Source: Thermoanaerobaculia bacterium (GTDB lineage: Bacteria; Acidobacteriota; Thermoanaerobaculia; Multivoradales; JAHEKO01). From it: a DNA stretch of 64,000 nt. The DNA is taken from positions 18,332 to 82,331 of the forward strand of contig JBHHWO010000001.1 of assembly GCA_046756565.1 (NCBI GenBank), given 5' to 3'. Each line of letters opens with the position of its first letter. Position 1 is the stretch's first letter. The notes beneath the pieces are model-generated. The model was not told the origin of the DNA and made no database searches. It saw nothing but the letters and a program-made list of their open reading frames with translations. The position numbers and the translations under genes were made by a program. Positions 27,607 through 37,215 of the stretch are shown here, piece after piece.

Positions 27607-29718
27607 ATGCCCGAACGAGACGAGCTCAGAACCGGCTGGTCGACGAAACTCACGCGGATCACTCTCGCGGCACTTCTGTTTCTTCTGCTGAGCGGACTGC
27701 TGGTTACGCTCGCTCCGTTTCACGCGGCGGTCCAGTGGAGCGTGCTGCTCCATACTGTGGTCGGTTTGCTCCTGTTGGTTCCCATCCTCTGGTACTCCTG
27801 GAGCCACTGGCTCGACTACCGTCAATACGACCTCACCGACGTCGTACTGCTGGGCTACCTCGCGCTGGCCGCTCTCGCCGTGTGCCTGGTTTCCGGTGTC
27901 GTAGTCACCTACCAGGGGCTCTTTGCTCTGCGAATGTCCCCCCTTTGGCGCAACCTCCACCTCTATTCCACGATCGCACTGCTGGTGCTCTCGCTGCCAC
28001 ACGCCGTCCTGGTCTTCGTGCGTGTTCGCAAGAAGATCGGGGGCCATTTCGCGCGCCCTCTGACCTCTCAAGCGACCCTGGTCACGATCGTAGGCCTGGC
28101 TGCTGCCGCTGTGCTCGGATGGTGGTACTCAGGCCCCACGTACGACAACCGCTTTCCCGATGACTACAACTTCCTCTATGGCGAGGATCGGCCGTTCGCT
28201 CCCAGCCTCGCCCAGACCACGACCGGCGGCGCTTTCGATCCCGAATCGCTCGCCGGCTCCGAAACCTGCGGCTCGGCCGGATGCCACAGCCAGATTCTGG
28301 AGGAGTGGACGCCGAGTGCTCATCGCTACTCGGCCATGGATCCTCTCTTCCAGAAGGTGCAGAGCGTCATGGCGGAGCAAAACGGTCCGGAATCGACCCG
28401 CTACTGCGGTGGATGTCACGATCCGATCTCGTTGTTCTCCGGAACCAAGAACGTCTTCGCCGAGAATCTCACCGGCTTACATGGCTACAACGAGGGGATC
28501 TCGTGTCTGTCGTGTCACGGAGTTCGCGAGACCGACCTCCAGGGCAACGCCAACTACGTCATGACTCAGCCGGCTACCTACCTGTGGCAGTGGCAAGAGG
28601 CGGGCGCCGGCAAGTTCCTCAGCGACTTTCTGATCCGAACCTATCCGGACAAGCACAACGAGCTCAGCAAGCGCATGTTCAAGGCTCCCGAGTACTGCGC
28701 CGCGTGCCACAAGCAATTCATCGATCAGGAGGTCAATCGAGTCGGCTGGGTCCAGCTCCAGAATCAATACGACAACTGGAAGGCGAGCCACTGGTTCACG
28801 GAGGGCGACCCGGAAAAGACCGTCGAATGCCGCGAATGCCACATGCCGCTGGTGGAGTCGACCGATCCGGCAAGCGGAGACTCCGTCGACTACAACCGGT
28901 CTGAGCAAGACGGCATGCACAGGAGTCACCGGTTCATCGCCGCCAACACGCTGGTCCCTGCCATGCTCGAGCTCGATGGCTGGCAGGAGCACATTGGCCT
29001 GACCGAAGAGTGGCTCAGGGGCAGCTTCGAGATTCCGGAGATCGCCGACAAGTGGCGGGATGGCCCGGTCGTCGAGCTGGCTCTCGAGACGCCGGCCGCA
29101 ATCGCTCGCGGCGGCAAGCTCCCGATCCGCGTCGTCATGACCGCCAACAAGGTCGGGCACGACTTCCCGACCGGACCCCTGGACATTATTCAGAGCTGGC
29201 TGGAGATCCGAGTTGCCGACGAGTCGGGCAATGAGATCTTCTCCTCGGGCACCCGCGACGAAAAGAACTTCATCGAGCCGGGCAGCTTTCTATTCAAGGC
29301 GGAGCCCGTCGATCAGTACGGCAATCTGATCGACCGGCACAATCTGTGGGAAATGGTCGGTGTTCGCTATCGGCGTGCGTTGTTTCCAGGGTACTCGGAC
29401 ACCGTTGATTACCTGGTCGACTGTCCGACCACGGTGGCGCCAGGCCAGCAGCGGGATCTCGCGCGGACCGGCCGGGAGGAACGGTCGTTCGAGATCGAAG
29501 CCCCCGATCGGCTCGACACCTACCAGGTCACCGCGTCGCTCATGTATCGCAAGGTCGATCAGTTCCTGATCAACTTCCTGCTCGGGGAAGACTCCGGCCT
29601 GACCGCGCCCGTGATCGAGATGACCCGTGCCTCGGCAACCGTCGAAGTCCGGGAGAGAATCTCGGACGCGGGTCCGCCGGAAGCCGACCCCGAGGCCCAA
29701 CTCGGCGTCGGCGGCTAA
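27607..29718 (+). CDS. Membrane-anchored multihaem c-type cytochrome: an N-terminal polytopic His-containing membrane domain fused to a periplasmic c554-like multihaem domain
   Basis: SD AAGGAGGG before the ATG. About 5 TM helices in aa 15-185 with conserved His (LLHTVVG, SLPHAVL). Haem motifs are CGSAGCH (CX4CH), CGGCH, CLSCH, CAACH and CRECH. CH...W.PSAH is typical of the cytochrome c554/c-prime-like family. Confidence 0.85.
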   Translation: MPERDELRTGWSTKLTRITLAALLFLLLSGLLVTLAPFHAAVQWSVLLHTVVGLLLLVPILWYSWSHWLDYRQYDLTDVVLLGYLALAALAVCLVSGVVVTYQGLFALRMSPLWRNLHLYSTIALLVLSLPHAVLVFVRVRKKIGGHFARPLTSQATLVTIVGLAAAAVLGWWYSGPTYDNRFPDDYNFLYGEDRPFAPSLAQTTTGGAFDPESLAGSETCGSAGCHSQILEEWTPSAHRYSAMDPLFQKVQSVMAEQNGPESTRYCGGCHDPISLFSGTKNVFAENLTGLHGYNEGISCLSCHGVRETDLQGNANYVMTQPATYLWQWQEAGAGKFLSDFLIRTYPDKHNELSKRMFKAPEYCAACHKQFIDQEVNRVGWVQLQNQYDNWKASHWFTEGDPEKTVECRECHMPLVESTDPASGDSVDYNRSEQDGMHRSHRFIAANTLVPAMLELDGWQEHIGLTEEWLRGSFEIPEIADKWRDGPVVELALETPAAIARGGKLPIRVVMTANKVGHDFPTGPLDIIQSWLEIRVADESGNEIFSSGTRDEKNFIEPGSFLFKAEPVDQYGNLIDRHNLWEMVGVRYRRALFPGYSDTVDYLVDCPTTVAPGQQRDLARTGREERSFEIEAPDRLDTYQVTASLMYRKVDQFLINFLLGEDSGLTAPVIEMTRASATVEVRERISDAGPPEADPEAQLGVGG

Positions 29719-29770
29719 CGAAACCGCTCACCCGGGCAACGTGAGCGACTCCGCCAAACCGCGGGCTCCG

Positions 29771-32335
29771 ATGCTCAGCCGCCGCAAGCACAAGTTGCGG
29801 CGATTGAGCCGCTGGCTGCTCGGAGCGGTGTTGTTGAGCGGTATCGCGGGGTTTCTGGTCTATCGCGCCACTCGACCCGAGGTTCGTCGGCCCGGTGAGA
29901 TCCTCCCCGACATCACCGAGACGCTCTCAGCCGACCTGCCCGCCGACGCGCCGTACCCACACTTCGCCGACGTCACCGTGGCCGCGGGCCTCGGGGGTTT
30001 CACCACATTCTCCGGCACCCGCTCGTCTCAGCTTCCCGAAGACATGGGCTCCGGAGCGGCCTGGGGCGACTACGACAATGACGGCGACGACGACCTCTTC
30101 GTGGTCGGCGCCGGCGGCACCCTGACCGCGTCTTCCGAGTTCTGGGCCGAATCGGCGCTGTTCGACAATTTGGGCGGCACCTTCGTACGGGCGGCCGGAT
30201 TCCCGGAGACTCGCATCATGGGAATGGGCGCCGCCTGGGGCGACTACGACAACGACGGCTGGCTGGACCTCGCTGTGAGCGGCTACAACAGCCTGCAGCT
30301 CTTTCGGAATGTCGAAGCAAGGCAAGCCGGATCGGCGAACGGCCGGCGCCTGGTCGCCAGCGACGCCATCCCGAGCCTTCCCGGCTACTGGGCGGGTGTG
30401 TCCTGGGCCGATTTCGACACCGACGGTGATCTCGACCTCTACGTCTGCGGCTATGTGCAGTACGAAGAGGACGCTTCCGCCTCCGGCCGAAGCTCGAGCC
30501 AATCGGGCACCACGGTCCCCTACACGCTCAACCCGGCCTCGTACGAGCCCGAGAGGAATCTGCTGTTTCGCAACCAGGGCGACGGGAGGTTCACCGAAGT
30601 GGCCCTGCTCTACGGACTCTCGAATCCGGAGGGCCGCAGCCTTTCGGCGCTCTGGCACGACTTCAACCGCGACGGCCGGCTCGACGTCTATGTCGCCAAC
30701 GACATCTCCGACAACGCTCTGCTCCTCAATCGGGGCGAAACCTTCGAAGATGTCAGCCTGGCTGCCTGGGTCGCAGACTACCGGGGAGCCATGGGCCTCG
30801 CCGCCGGTGACTGGAACCGGGACGGCGACGACGATCTCTTCGTCACTCACTGGGTGGCGCAGGAAAACGCCTTGTACGACTCGCGACTCGCCGAAACCGC
30901 CGCCGCCGGCAATCCCATGCTCGCCTTCAGCGATCTCGCGGCGCCTCTCGGCCTGGGACAGATCGCGCTCCACGCCGTCGGCTGGGGAACGGAATTCGCC
31001 GACTTCGATGCCGATGGCTGGCTGGATCTCGTGGTCGCCAACGGCAGCACCCTGGAGACACGCGAGTCGCCCAAGTGGCTCAAGACCCAGCCCGCGATGC
31101 TTCTCTGGAACCGGCGCGGCGAGTACTTCCACGATCTGGCGCCGGCCAGTGAGCTGTTGGCTACTCCGCGGCTGGGCCGCGGCCTCGCGCTCTCGGACTA
31201 CGATCTCGACGGCGACCTGGACGTCCTGATGGTCGAGCTCTATGCCGGGGTGCGGCTCCTGCGCAACGACATGCCACAAGGGCATTGGCTCGAGCTGGCG
31301 CTGCGATCGAGCGCGAGCGGCCGGGGAGAAGGCTCGACGGTCATCGTCAAAGCCGGCGACCTCGCGCTCAGGCGAACCTCCGGCGAGACCACCTACCTGT
31401 CGCAGAGCAGCGCTCTTCTTCACATCGGGCTTGGAGACATCGACCAAGTCGACTCCGTCGAAGTTCAATGGCTGGGTGGAGACAACCAGAGCTTCTCCGG
31501 CCTCGAGGTCGACTCGAGGTGGGAACTCGTCCAGCACGACACCGAGCCACGGCGGTTGGAACGGCCTGCCGCGCTAGCGCCTTCGGGTGAGTCCTCCGTT
31601 TCCGTGCCCGCAGGCGACCGTGAACGCACGCTCGAATTCTGGAAGACTCAGCGCGCCGCCATGGACGCCATGAAGCGCGACGGCGACCTGGACCGGGCAA
31701 CGGACCTGTTTACCAAAGCCCTCGAGCTGAATCCGGAGCACGGCGATTCCCGCTACTACCTTGCCAATCTGCTCTGGACGCGTGGTGATCGGAAGCGCGC
31801 TCTCGACGAGCTCGACACCCTGCGCCATCGAGATCCGCTCAGCCACCGCGCAGCAAAGCAATGGGGTGTTCTGCGCGCGTTGAGCGCTCGCTCGCCGGCC
31901 GATCTTGACGCCGCTTCGCAAGCTCTGGAACGCGCCGTCGAGATCAACTCGGAAGAGACCGGCGGCCTCCTCGCCCTGGGCGAGGTCTCGCTCCTGCGTG
32001 GCGAAACAGAGGAGGCGCGCCAGCAACTGGAATGGGCCTGCCGATCCAATCCGCGCGCCGTGGGCGGTTTCTTCCTGCGCGCCTTCATCGCGAATCGCAA
32101 TGGTGACCCAGAGCTCAGCGCCGAGCTTCTGCGAGCGGCACAGACCGCCAGAGGTCCGGAGTGGAAGCCGGAGGGCGCGGCGGCCGAAGGCGACGTGCGC
32201 CGGCGGATGTACGTCGAAACCAGCCCGCTCGCCCGTTTCTGGCAGGACTGGGACGGCGGGTCCGATCCGGCCTCCGCTTTTCACGATTTGGAGGACCACC
32301 TGAGCGACTGGCCGAAGAGCCAGGCAAAGAGATAA
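29771..32335 (+). CDS. CRTAC1-family protein: TM anchor, FG-GAP/VCBS repeats, an ASPIC/UnbV domain and C-terminal TPR repeats
   Basis: ATG at 29771 gives MLSRRKHKLRRLSRWLLGAVLLSGIAGFLVY. Repeated WGDYDNDGDDDLFV / WADFDTDGDLDLYV / AGDWNRDGDDDLFV (FG-GAP/VCBS). VEVQWLGGDNQSFSGLEVDSRWELVQ is UnbV_ASPIC-like. The TPR tail includes YYLANLLWTRGDRKRALDE. Confidence 0.85.
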   Translation: MLSRRKHKLRRLSRWLLGAVLLSGIAGFLVYRATRPEVRRPGEILPDITETLSADLPADAPYPHFADVTVAAGLGGFTTFSGTRSSQLPEDMGSGAAWGDYDNDGDDDLFVVGAGGTLTASSEFWAESALFDNLGGTFVRAAGFPETRIMGMGAAWGDYDNDGWLDLAVSGYNSLQLFRNVEARQAGSANGRRLVASDAIPSLPGYWAGVSWADFDTDGDLDLYVCGYVQYEEDASASGRSSSQSGTTVPYTLNPASYEPERNLLFRNQGDGRFTEVALLYGLSNPEGRSLSALWHDFNRDGRLDVYVANDISDNALLLNRGETFEDVSLAAWVADYRGAMGLAAGDWNRDGDDDLFVTHWVAQENALYDSRLAETAAAGNPMLAFSDLAAPLGLGQIALHAVGWGTEFADFDADGWLDLVVANGSTLETRESPKWLKTQPAMLLWNRRGEYFHDLAPASELLATPRLGRGLALSDYDLDGDLDVLMVELYAGVRLLRNDMPQGHWLELALRSSASGRGEGSTVIVKAGDLALRRTSGETTYLSQSSALLHIGLGDIDQVDSVEVQWLGGDNQSFSGLEVDSRWELVQHDTEPRRLERPAALAPSGESSVSVPAGDRERTLEFWKTQRAAMDAMKRDGDLDRATDLFTKALELNPEHGDSRYYLANLLWTRGDRKRALDELDTLRHRDPLSHRAAKQWGVLRALSARSPADLDAASQALERAVEINSEETGGLLALGEVSLLRGETEEARQQLEWACRSNPRAVGGFFLRAFIANRNGDPELSAELLRAAQTARGPEWKPEGAAAEGDVRRRMYVETSPLARFWQDWDGGSDPASAFHDLEDHLSDWPKSQAKR

Positions 32336-32344
32336 TCTTCCCGC

Positions 32345-32800
32345 ATGCGGAGATTCCTGACGCTGGTGGTCCTGGCGGTCATCGCCTACTACGGGTATAC
32401 AGAACTCCTGCCCAGATACCAGGCCTATCAGGACCGCCAGGAGGCCGAAGAGCGAGCCGACGACCAGGCCGGCGAAGCACGCATCTGCGTTGCAGCCGCC
32501 GACTCTTTGAATCAGGACCTGGGCCGAGGGCTGCGCCAGTTTTCGCGACCGCCGGTCGACACCGGAAGCTGGTCGACGTTCATGATCCAGATGGCCAGCC
32601 AGCTTTCGAGCGCAGACTCCGCGTGCAACTGCCCAGCCGAAGCCTGCAGGAGCGCCGCCGCCGCGGTTCTCGAAATGCGCCGGCTGCTCAACCGGTTCGA
32701 TGCGATGGCGCGCGGAAGAACCGCCGGGATCTCGAATCCGGCCACAGCCCAGGAGCGTATCGAACGGCTCCTGGCCCGAGCGCGCAACGAGGCCGGATAA
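32345..32800 (+). CDS. Hypothetical membrane-anchored protein (151 aa)
   Basis: Starts 9 nt after the CRTAC1 stop. N-terminal TM MRRFLTLVVLAVIAYYGY, then a helical region. No family recognised. Confidence 0.5.
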   Translation: MRRFLTLVVLAVIAYYGYTELLPRYQAYQDRQEAEERADDQAGEARICVAAADSLNQDLGRGLRQFSRPPVDTGSWSTFMIQMASQLSSADSACNCPAEACRSAAAAVLEMRRLLNRFDAMARGRTAGISNPATAQERIERLLARARNEAG

Positions 32801-32885
32801 CCCGCCAAGCCGCCCCGTCTGGACGCCCCGGCCGACTAGTGCTAGGCTCCGGGCCACGGCGTGAGCTTCGGCTCGCCTCTCCCCG

Positions 32886-35800
32886 GTGCCGAGTCACCGG
32901 CCACGGCGAGTCGCCTTGCCAGCAGCCTGGTTCAGAGCCGCGCCTGTTTCCCTCCCGCGGGAGATTCCTGAATACAGCGGGACGAAAGGAAAACCTGGAG
33001 GCGCCTTGCTACCACCCGATGAACCAGCCGAAGCTCTGAAGGAAGAGCACGCCGCACGTCCGCGACGGCGTCGTTCCCGCAAGGGCAAGGCCTCGGCCGG
33101 TCCCGTACCACTACACAAGAGAAGCAGCTCCCACTTCCAGCCCAGCGAACGGGACCGTGGCGCCGACGCCTTCAACGAGGGCCGGGTCAAGGTCGAAGTC
33201 GACGGCAGCCGGGCCAGGGCTCAGGTGGAGGACAGCGAGCGCGAGCCCTTCCGGGTCGGCATCGACTGGTCGAGAGTCGGTGCTCGCCGGCTTCATACCT
33301 TCTGCGAATGCTCGCGGTTCGCCGGTGGCGAGCTCTGTCGCCATATCTGGGCGGTCCTGCTGGCCCTGGCCGAGACCGGTCCCGAGAACCAACCCGCCGG
33401 CAAGGATCGCCTGGGCCTGCGCAAAGACCGGGCGGCCAACTGGGAAGACCTCGGTGTGTCGGGCGACCGCAACGAGGTGCGTGCGATTCACGGCGTCGAC
33501 CTGGCACGGGCAGCCACGACCCCGGCCAAGGCCCGCTCTTCCCGGGAACGTTCGAGCAGCCGTCGACGAAACGCCGCCACTTCCTGGCGATCCCAACTCT
33601 CGTCGGTGCGCGACGAGGTCGGCACCGCGTCGTTGCCGTCCGCCGCAATCTCGGCGCTGCCTGTTCGTCCGACACCGATTCCCCACTTCTTCATCAATAC
33701 CGCCGCGAGCAACAATTCCAGCAGCCTGGTGCTCGACATCTTCGCTCGCAGCGTCAGCAACTCGGGCAAGACCGGCAAGATGAAGCGGACCGGTCTCGAG
33801 CCTCACAAGCTCGAGTCGCTGCTTCTGCCTCGAAGCTCGAACAACGGATCCTCTGACGAGCCCGATCCGTCGCTGGCACTGGTTACCGAGCTTTCAGCCG
33901 ACGCCCCCCGAAGAAAAACCAAGAACCGGCGGCGAGCCAAGGCGCAGACCGGTATCCGGCGCCTGCGTCTGCCGCAGCAGCTCTACGACACCGTTCTTCC
34001 GCACCTTTGCAGCCAAGGCACACTCGGCTGGTGGGACGGCCGCGTGCAGAGCAACCTCCACCCACTCTGGTGGGACGCAGGCACAGCCTGGCGGCTGGCT
34101 CTCTACCTGGACATGCACAAGGACGGCGGCGCGCGCCTGCGTGGTCGCCTGGAGAGGGACAGCGAGACCGTACCCCTGAGCGACCCGGTCCTGGTTCTGG
34201 CCCCCGGCGGGCAGAACTCGAACGGCATCCACCGCTCGGCCGGCCACGGTCCGGCGCTGGTGGTCTTTGCCGAGTCCATCGGACGGCTGGATTTGAACCC
34301 CGCCCGCGACCTGCCGTGGCTGAGCCTCTTGCGCGATGCCGGCGAGATCGTGATTCCGATGAAGGACGTCGAGGAGGCGCTCACAGATCTGATGGCGATG
34401 CCGGCGCTACCGCGGCTCGACATACCGGACGAGCTCGATCTCGCCGAAGAAGCTTCGCCTCCCCAACCCCATCTGGTCCTCGAGCCGGCCGTCGGCTCGG
34501 CTCGAATCAACCCGCCGCTCGAAGCGGAGCTTTCGTTCGAGTACGGAGTCCTGCAGGTGAGCGCGGAAGACTCCCGCTCCTCGGTGGTCGACTGGGAAGA
34601 GAAGACTCTCCTGCGGCGCGATCTCGATGCCGAGCACGCCGCTCTGGTCCGGTTGCTCGAGCTGGGATTTCAGCCGGTAAAGGCGGCCCAGGGCAATGTG
34701 CAAGCGCTCGAGCTCGAGCCGCGCGAGCTACCCGCTGTGATCGAGCCGCTTCTGACCGAGGGGTGGGCCGTAGAGGTCCAAGGACGCTCGGTGTCGCCTC
34801 CGAGCCCGCCGGCCCTACGGGTCGAAAGCGGTATTGATTGGTTCGATTTGAGCGGACAGGTCGACTTTGCCGGCGATCAACTCGAGCTCAACACGGTGCT
34901 GGAAGCGGTTTCGAGGGGAGATCGATTCATCGAGCTCAAGGATGGCTCCCAGGGCCTTCTGCCGGAATCCTGGATGGAGACCTACGGCTCGCTCGCGGAT
35001 CTCGCTTCGAGCCCGACCGAGGACGGTCTCCGGTTTCTGCCGTCCCAGGCGCTGATCGTCGACGCCCTCCTGACCGCGATGCCCCCTGCCGACGTCGACG
35101 GGGCGTTCAGCCGGCTGCGCGAGAAGCTGGCTTCGTTCGAGAAGATCAAATCCAAGAAGGAAGCGCGCGGCTTCGGCGGCACGCTGCGCGGATACCAGCG
35201 TGACGGACTGGGCTGGCTTCACTTTCTCCGCGAGTTCGGCCTGGGTGGCGTTCTCGCCGACGACATGGGACTTGGCAAGACCGTCCAAGTGCTGGCGTTG
35301 ATGCAGACCCACCGGACGCCCTCGAAGACCACCAAGCTGCCCTTTCTGGTCGTCGCTCCGCGCAGCGTTGTCTACAACTGGATCGACGAGGCCTCTCGAT
35401 TCACGCCCAAGCTCAAGGTGGTCGAATACCGCGGGCCCGATCGCGAGAAACTCCAGGGCAAGTTCGGCGAACTCGACGTGGTGGTCACGACCTATGGCAC
35501 GCTTCGCCGCGACATCGGCTTTCTCGCCACCGTCGAGTTCGACACGGTGATTCTCGACGAGGCGCAGGCTATCAAGAACCCGGGGTCCCAGACCGCCAAG
35601 GCCAGCCGGCTGCTCAACGCCCGGCACCGCCTGGCGCTCACCGGCACGCCGATCGAAAACCACCTGGGCGAGCTGGGCTCGCTGTTTACCTTCTTGAACC
35701 CGGGCCTTCTGGGGCGGCTTCCGCGGCTCGAGGCACTGAACGGTGGGCGCGCGCCCAGCAAGCTCGAGCTCGAGCACATTGCCCAGGACACGCGGCCGTT

Positions 35801-36566
35801 CATCTTGCGGCGCACCAAAGCGCAGGTACTCCCCGACCTTCCGCCCAAGACCGAGCAGACACTGCTCTGCACCCTCCATCCCGAGCAACGCGACCTCTAC
35901 GACAAGGTGCGGGCCAGCTATCAAATCAACCTGCTCGAGCAGGTCGAGGCCAAAGGGGTGGCCGGCTCGGCGATTCAGGTCCTGGCCGCTCTCCTGCGGC
36001 TCCGCCAGATCGCCTGTCACCCGGCGCTGGTCGATCCAGCGTGGGAAGAGGCCGGCAGCGCCAAGCTGGATGCACTCTTCGAGCAGGTTTCCGAAGTGCT
36101 CGACGAGGGCCACAAGGTCCTGGTCTTCTCGCAGTTCGTGAAGCTCCTCGGGCTGGTCAAGAAGCGCCTGGATGCAGACGGCGTCACCTACGCCTACCTC
36201 GATGGCCAGACCCGCAACCGGGGCGAGATCGTCGAGCGCTTCCAGACCGAACCCGACTGCAACTTGTTTCTCGTCAGTCTCAAGGCGGGCGGCACCGGCC
36301 TGAACCTGACCGCCGCCGGTTACGTCTTCCTGCTCGATCCGTGGTGGAACCCCGCGGTCGAGGCGCAGGCGATCGATCGGACCCATCGGATCGGCCAGAG
36401 CCAGCCGGTCTTCGCGTACCGGATGATCGCCGAGGATACGGTCGAAGAGAAGATCCTCGAGCTTCAGGGCTCCAAGAGGAAGCTCGCCGACGCCATCCTG
36501 GAAGGCGGCGAAGGCCAGTCACTCAAGGACCTTACGGCCGACGATCTCAAGATGCTCCTGAGCTAG
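32886..36566 (+). CDS. SNF2-family ATP-dependent helicase with an N-terminal SWIM zinc finger
   Basis: SWIM motif CECSRFAGGELCRHIWAVLLAL. SNF2 motifs are LADDMGLGKTVQ (I), ILDEAQAIKN (II), LTGTPIEN (III), SLKAGGTGLNL (V) and QAIDRTHRIGQ (VI). The listed start is a GTG, so the true start is uncertain. Confidence 0.9.
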   Translation: MPSHRPRRVALPAAWFRAAPVSLPREIPEYSGTKGKPGGALLPPDEPAEALKEEHAARPRRRRSRKGKASAGPVPLHKRSSSHFQPSERDRGADAFNEGRVKVEVDGSRARAQVEDSEREPFRVGIDWSRVGARRLHTFCECSRFAGGELCRHIWAVLLALAETGPENQPAGKDRLGLRKDRAANWEDLGVSGDRNEVRAIHGVDLARAATTPAKARSSRERSSSRRRNAATSWRSQLSSVRDEVGTASLPSAAISALPVRPTPIPHFFINTAASNNSSSLVLDIFARSVSNSGKTGKMKRTGLEPHKLESLLLPRSSNNGSSDEPDPSLALVTELSADAPRRKTKNRRRAKAQTGIRRLRLPQQLYDTVLPHLCSQGTLGWWDGRVQSNLHPLWWDAGTAWRLALYLDMHKDGGARLRGRLERDSETVPLSDPVLVLAPGGQNSNGIHRSAGHGPALVVFAESIGRLDLNPARDLPWLSLLRDAGEIVIPMKDVEEALTDLMAMPALPRLDIPDELDLAEEASPPQPHLVLEPAVGSARINPPLEAELSFEYGVLQVSAEDSRSSVVDWEEKTLLRRDLDAEHAALVRLLELGFQPVKAAQGNVQALELEPRELPAVIEPLLTEGWAVEVQGRSVSPPSPPALRVESGIDWFDLSGQVDFAGDQLELNTVLEAVSRGDRFIELKDGSQGLLPESWMETYGSLADLASSPTEDGLRFLPSQALIVDALLTAMPPADVDGAFSRLREKLASFEKIKSKKEARGFGGTLRGYQRDGLGWLHFLREFGLGGVLADDMGLGKTVQVLALMQTHRTPSKTTKLPFLVVAPRSVVYNWIDEASRFTPKLKVVEYRGPDREKLQGKFGELDVVVTTYGTLRRDIGFLATVEFDTVILDEAQAIKNPGSQTAKASRLLNARHRLALTGTPIENHLGELGSLFTFLNPGLLGRLPRLEALNGGRAPSKLELEHIAQDTRPFILRRTKAQVLPDLPPKTEQTLLCTLHPEQRDLYDKVRASYQINLLEQVEAKGVAGSAIQVLAALLRLRQIACHPALVDPAWEEAGSAKLDALFEQVSEVLDEGHKVLVFSQFVKLLGLVKKRLDADGVTYAYLDGQTRNRGEIVERFQTEPDCNLFLVSLKAGGTGLNLTAAGYVFLLDPWWNPAVEAQAIDRTHRIGQSQPVFAYRMIAEDTVEEKILELQGSKRKLADAILEGGEGQSLKDLTADDLKMLLS

Positions 36567-36730
36567 TGTCCTGTCCCAGTGGTTCGGTGCATAAGGCTCG
36601 AGGTCATGGTGTGCGCTGCCAAGGCGCCCACGACGCAAGCATAGCTGGGCCTATGTTGAGGAGTGGCAACGCCGGCAGCGTGCAGAAAGGCCCGAGATTT
36701 GTGTAGCGAATCACTGGGACAGGACACTAG
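36563..36730. repeat. Perfect 19-bp inverted repeat (extendable to ~24 bp with a G-U pair) flanking ~130 bp; MITE-like element or long structured RNA
   Basis: ctagtgtcctgtcccagtg (36563-36581) is the exact reverse complement of cactgggacaggacactag (36712-36730). The left arm contains the SNF2 stop codon TAG. The element fills most of the gap between the convergent SNF2 and feoA genes. Confidence 0.6.
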
Positions 36731-36774
36731 GAGTGCCGTGGAGCACGGCCCACACGGAGGTCGGCCGCCTTGCT

Positions 36775-37215
36775 TCACATCCCCCGCTCGACGAAGATCC
36801 CGCCGGCGATCTTGGCCTCGAGCGCGAGCTGGGTCTCGCCCACCTGGACAACATAGGTCGGAGCGCGCTGGAGTAGCGTGACTTCCGAACCCGGCACCAG
36901 CCCGAAGACGGCCAGGGCGCCCGGCCGCTTCGTGCCGGCCAGGGACACCACGCGCGCGCTCTCACCCCCGTCGAGCTCGGTTAGCGGCCGGCAGGTCTCA
37001 CAAAGAGCGTCCTCGGCCTCCGGTCCCCCGCCGAACAGGCTCCGGAACCACGACAGCCCGGCGGGCCGCTCCGGGAACTCGTAGTCGCAGCTCGGACAAC
37101 GCACCAGGCCGCACGCGGTGCGCATCGGACACCCGTGCTGGCACAGCGTGTCCACCGCCTCGAACTCGAAGCCGCAGAGCGGGCACACCAGATGTTGGCG
37201 GGCGGCCTTGTCCAT
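36775..37215 (-). CDS. feoA: FeoA-domain protein with an N-terminal Cys-rich (zinc-ribbon-like) extension
   Basis: The internal ATG at 37215 overlaps the feoB stop (TGATG). The protein is MDKAARQHLVCPLCGFEFEAVDTLCQHGCPMRTACGLVRCPSCDYEF... followed by the FeoA SH3-like core LTELDGGESARVVSLAG...LAVFGLVPGSEVTLLQRAPTYVVQVGETQLALE. The upstream part of the track ORF lies inside feoB. Confidence 0.75.
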   Translation of the reverse strand: MDKAARQHLVCPLCGFEFEAVDTLCQHGCPMRTACGLVRCPSCDYEFPERPAGLSWFRSLFGGGPEAEDALCETCRPLTELDGGESARVVSLAGTKRPGALAVFGLVPGSEVTLLQRAPTYVVQVGETQLALEAKIAGGIFVERGM

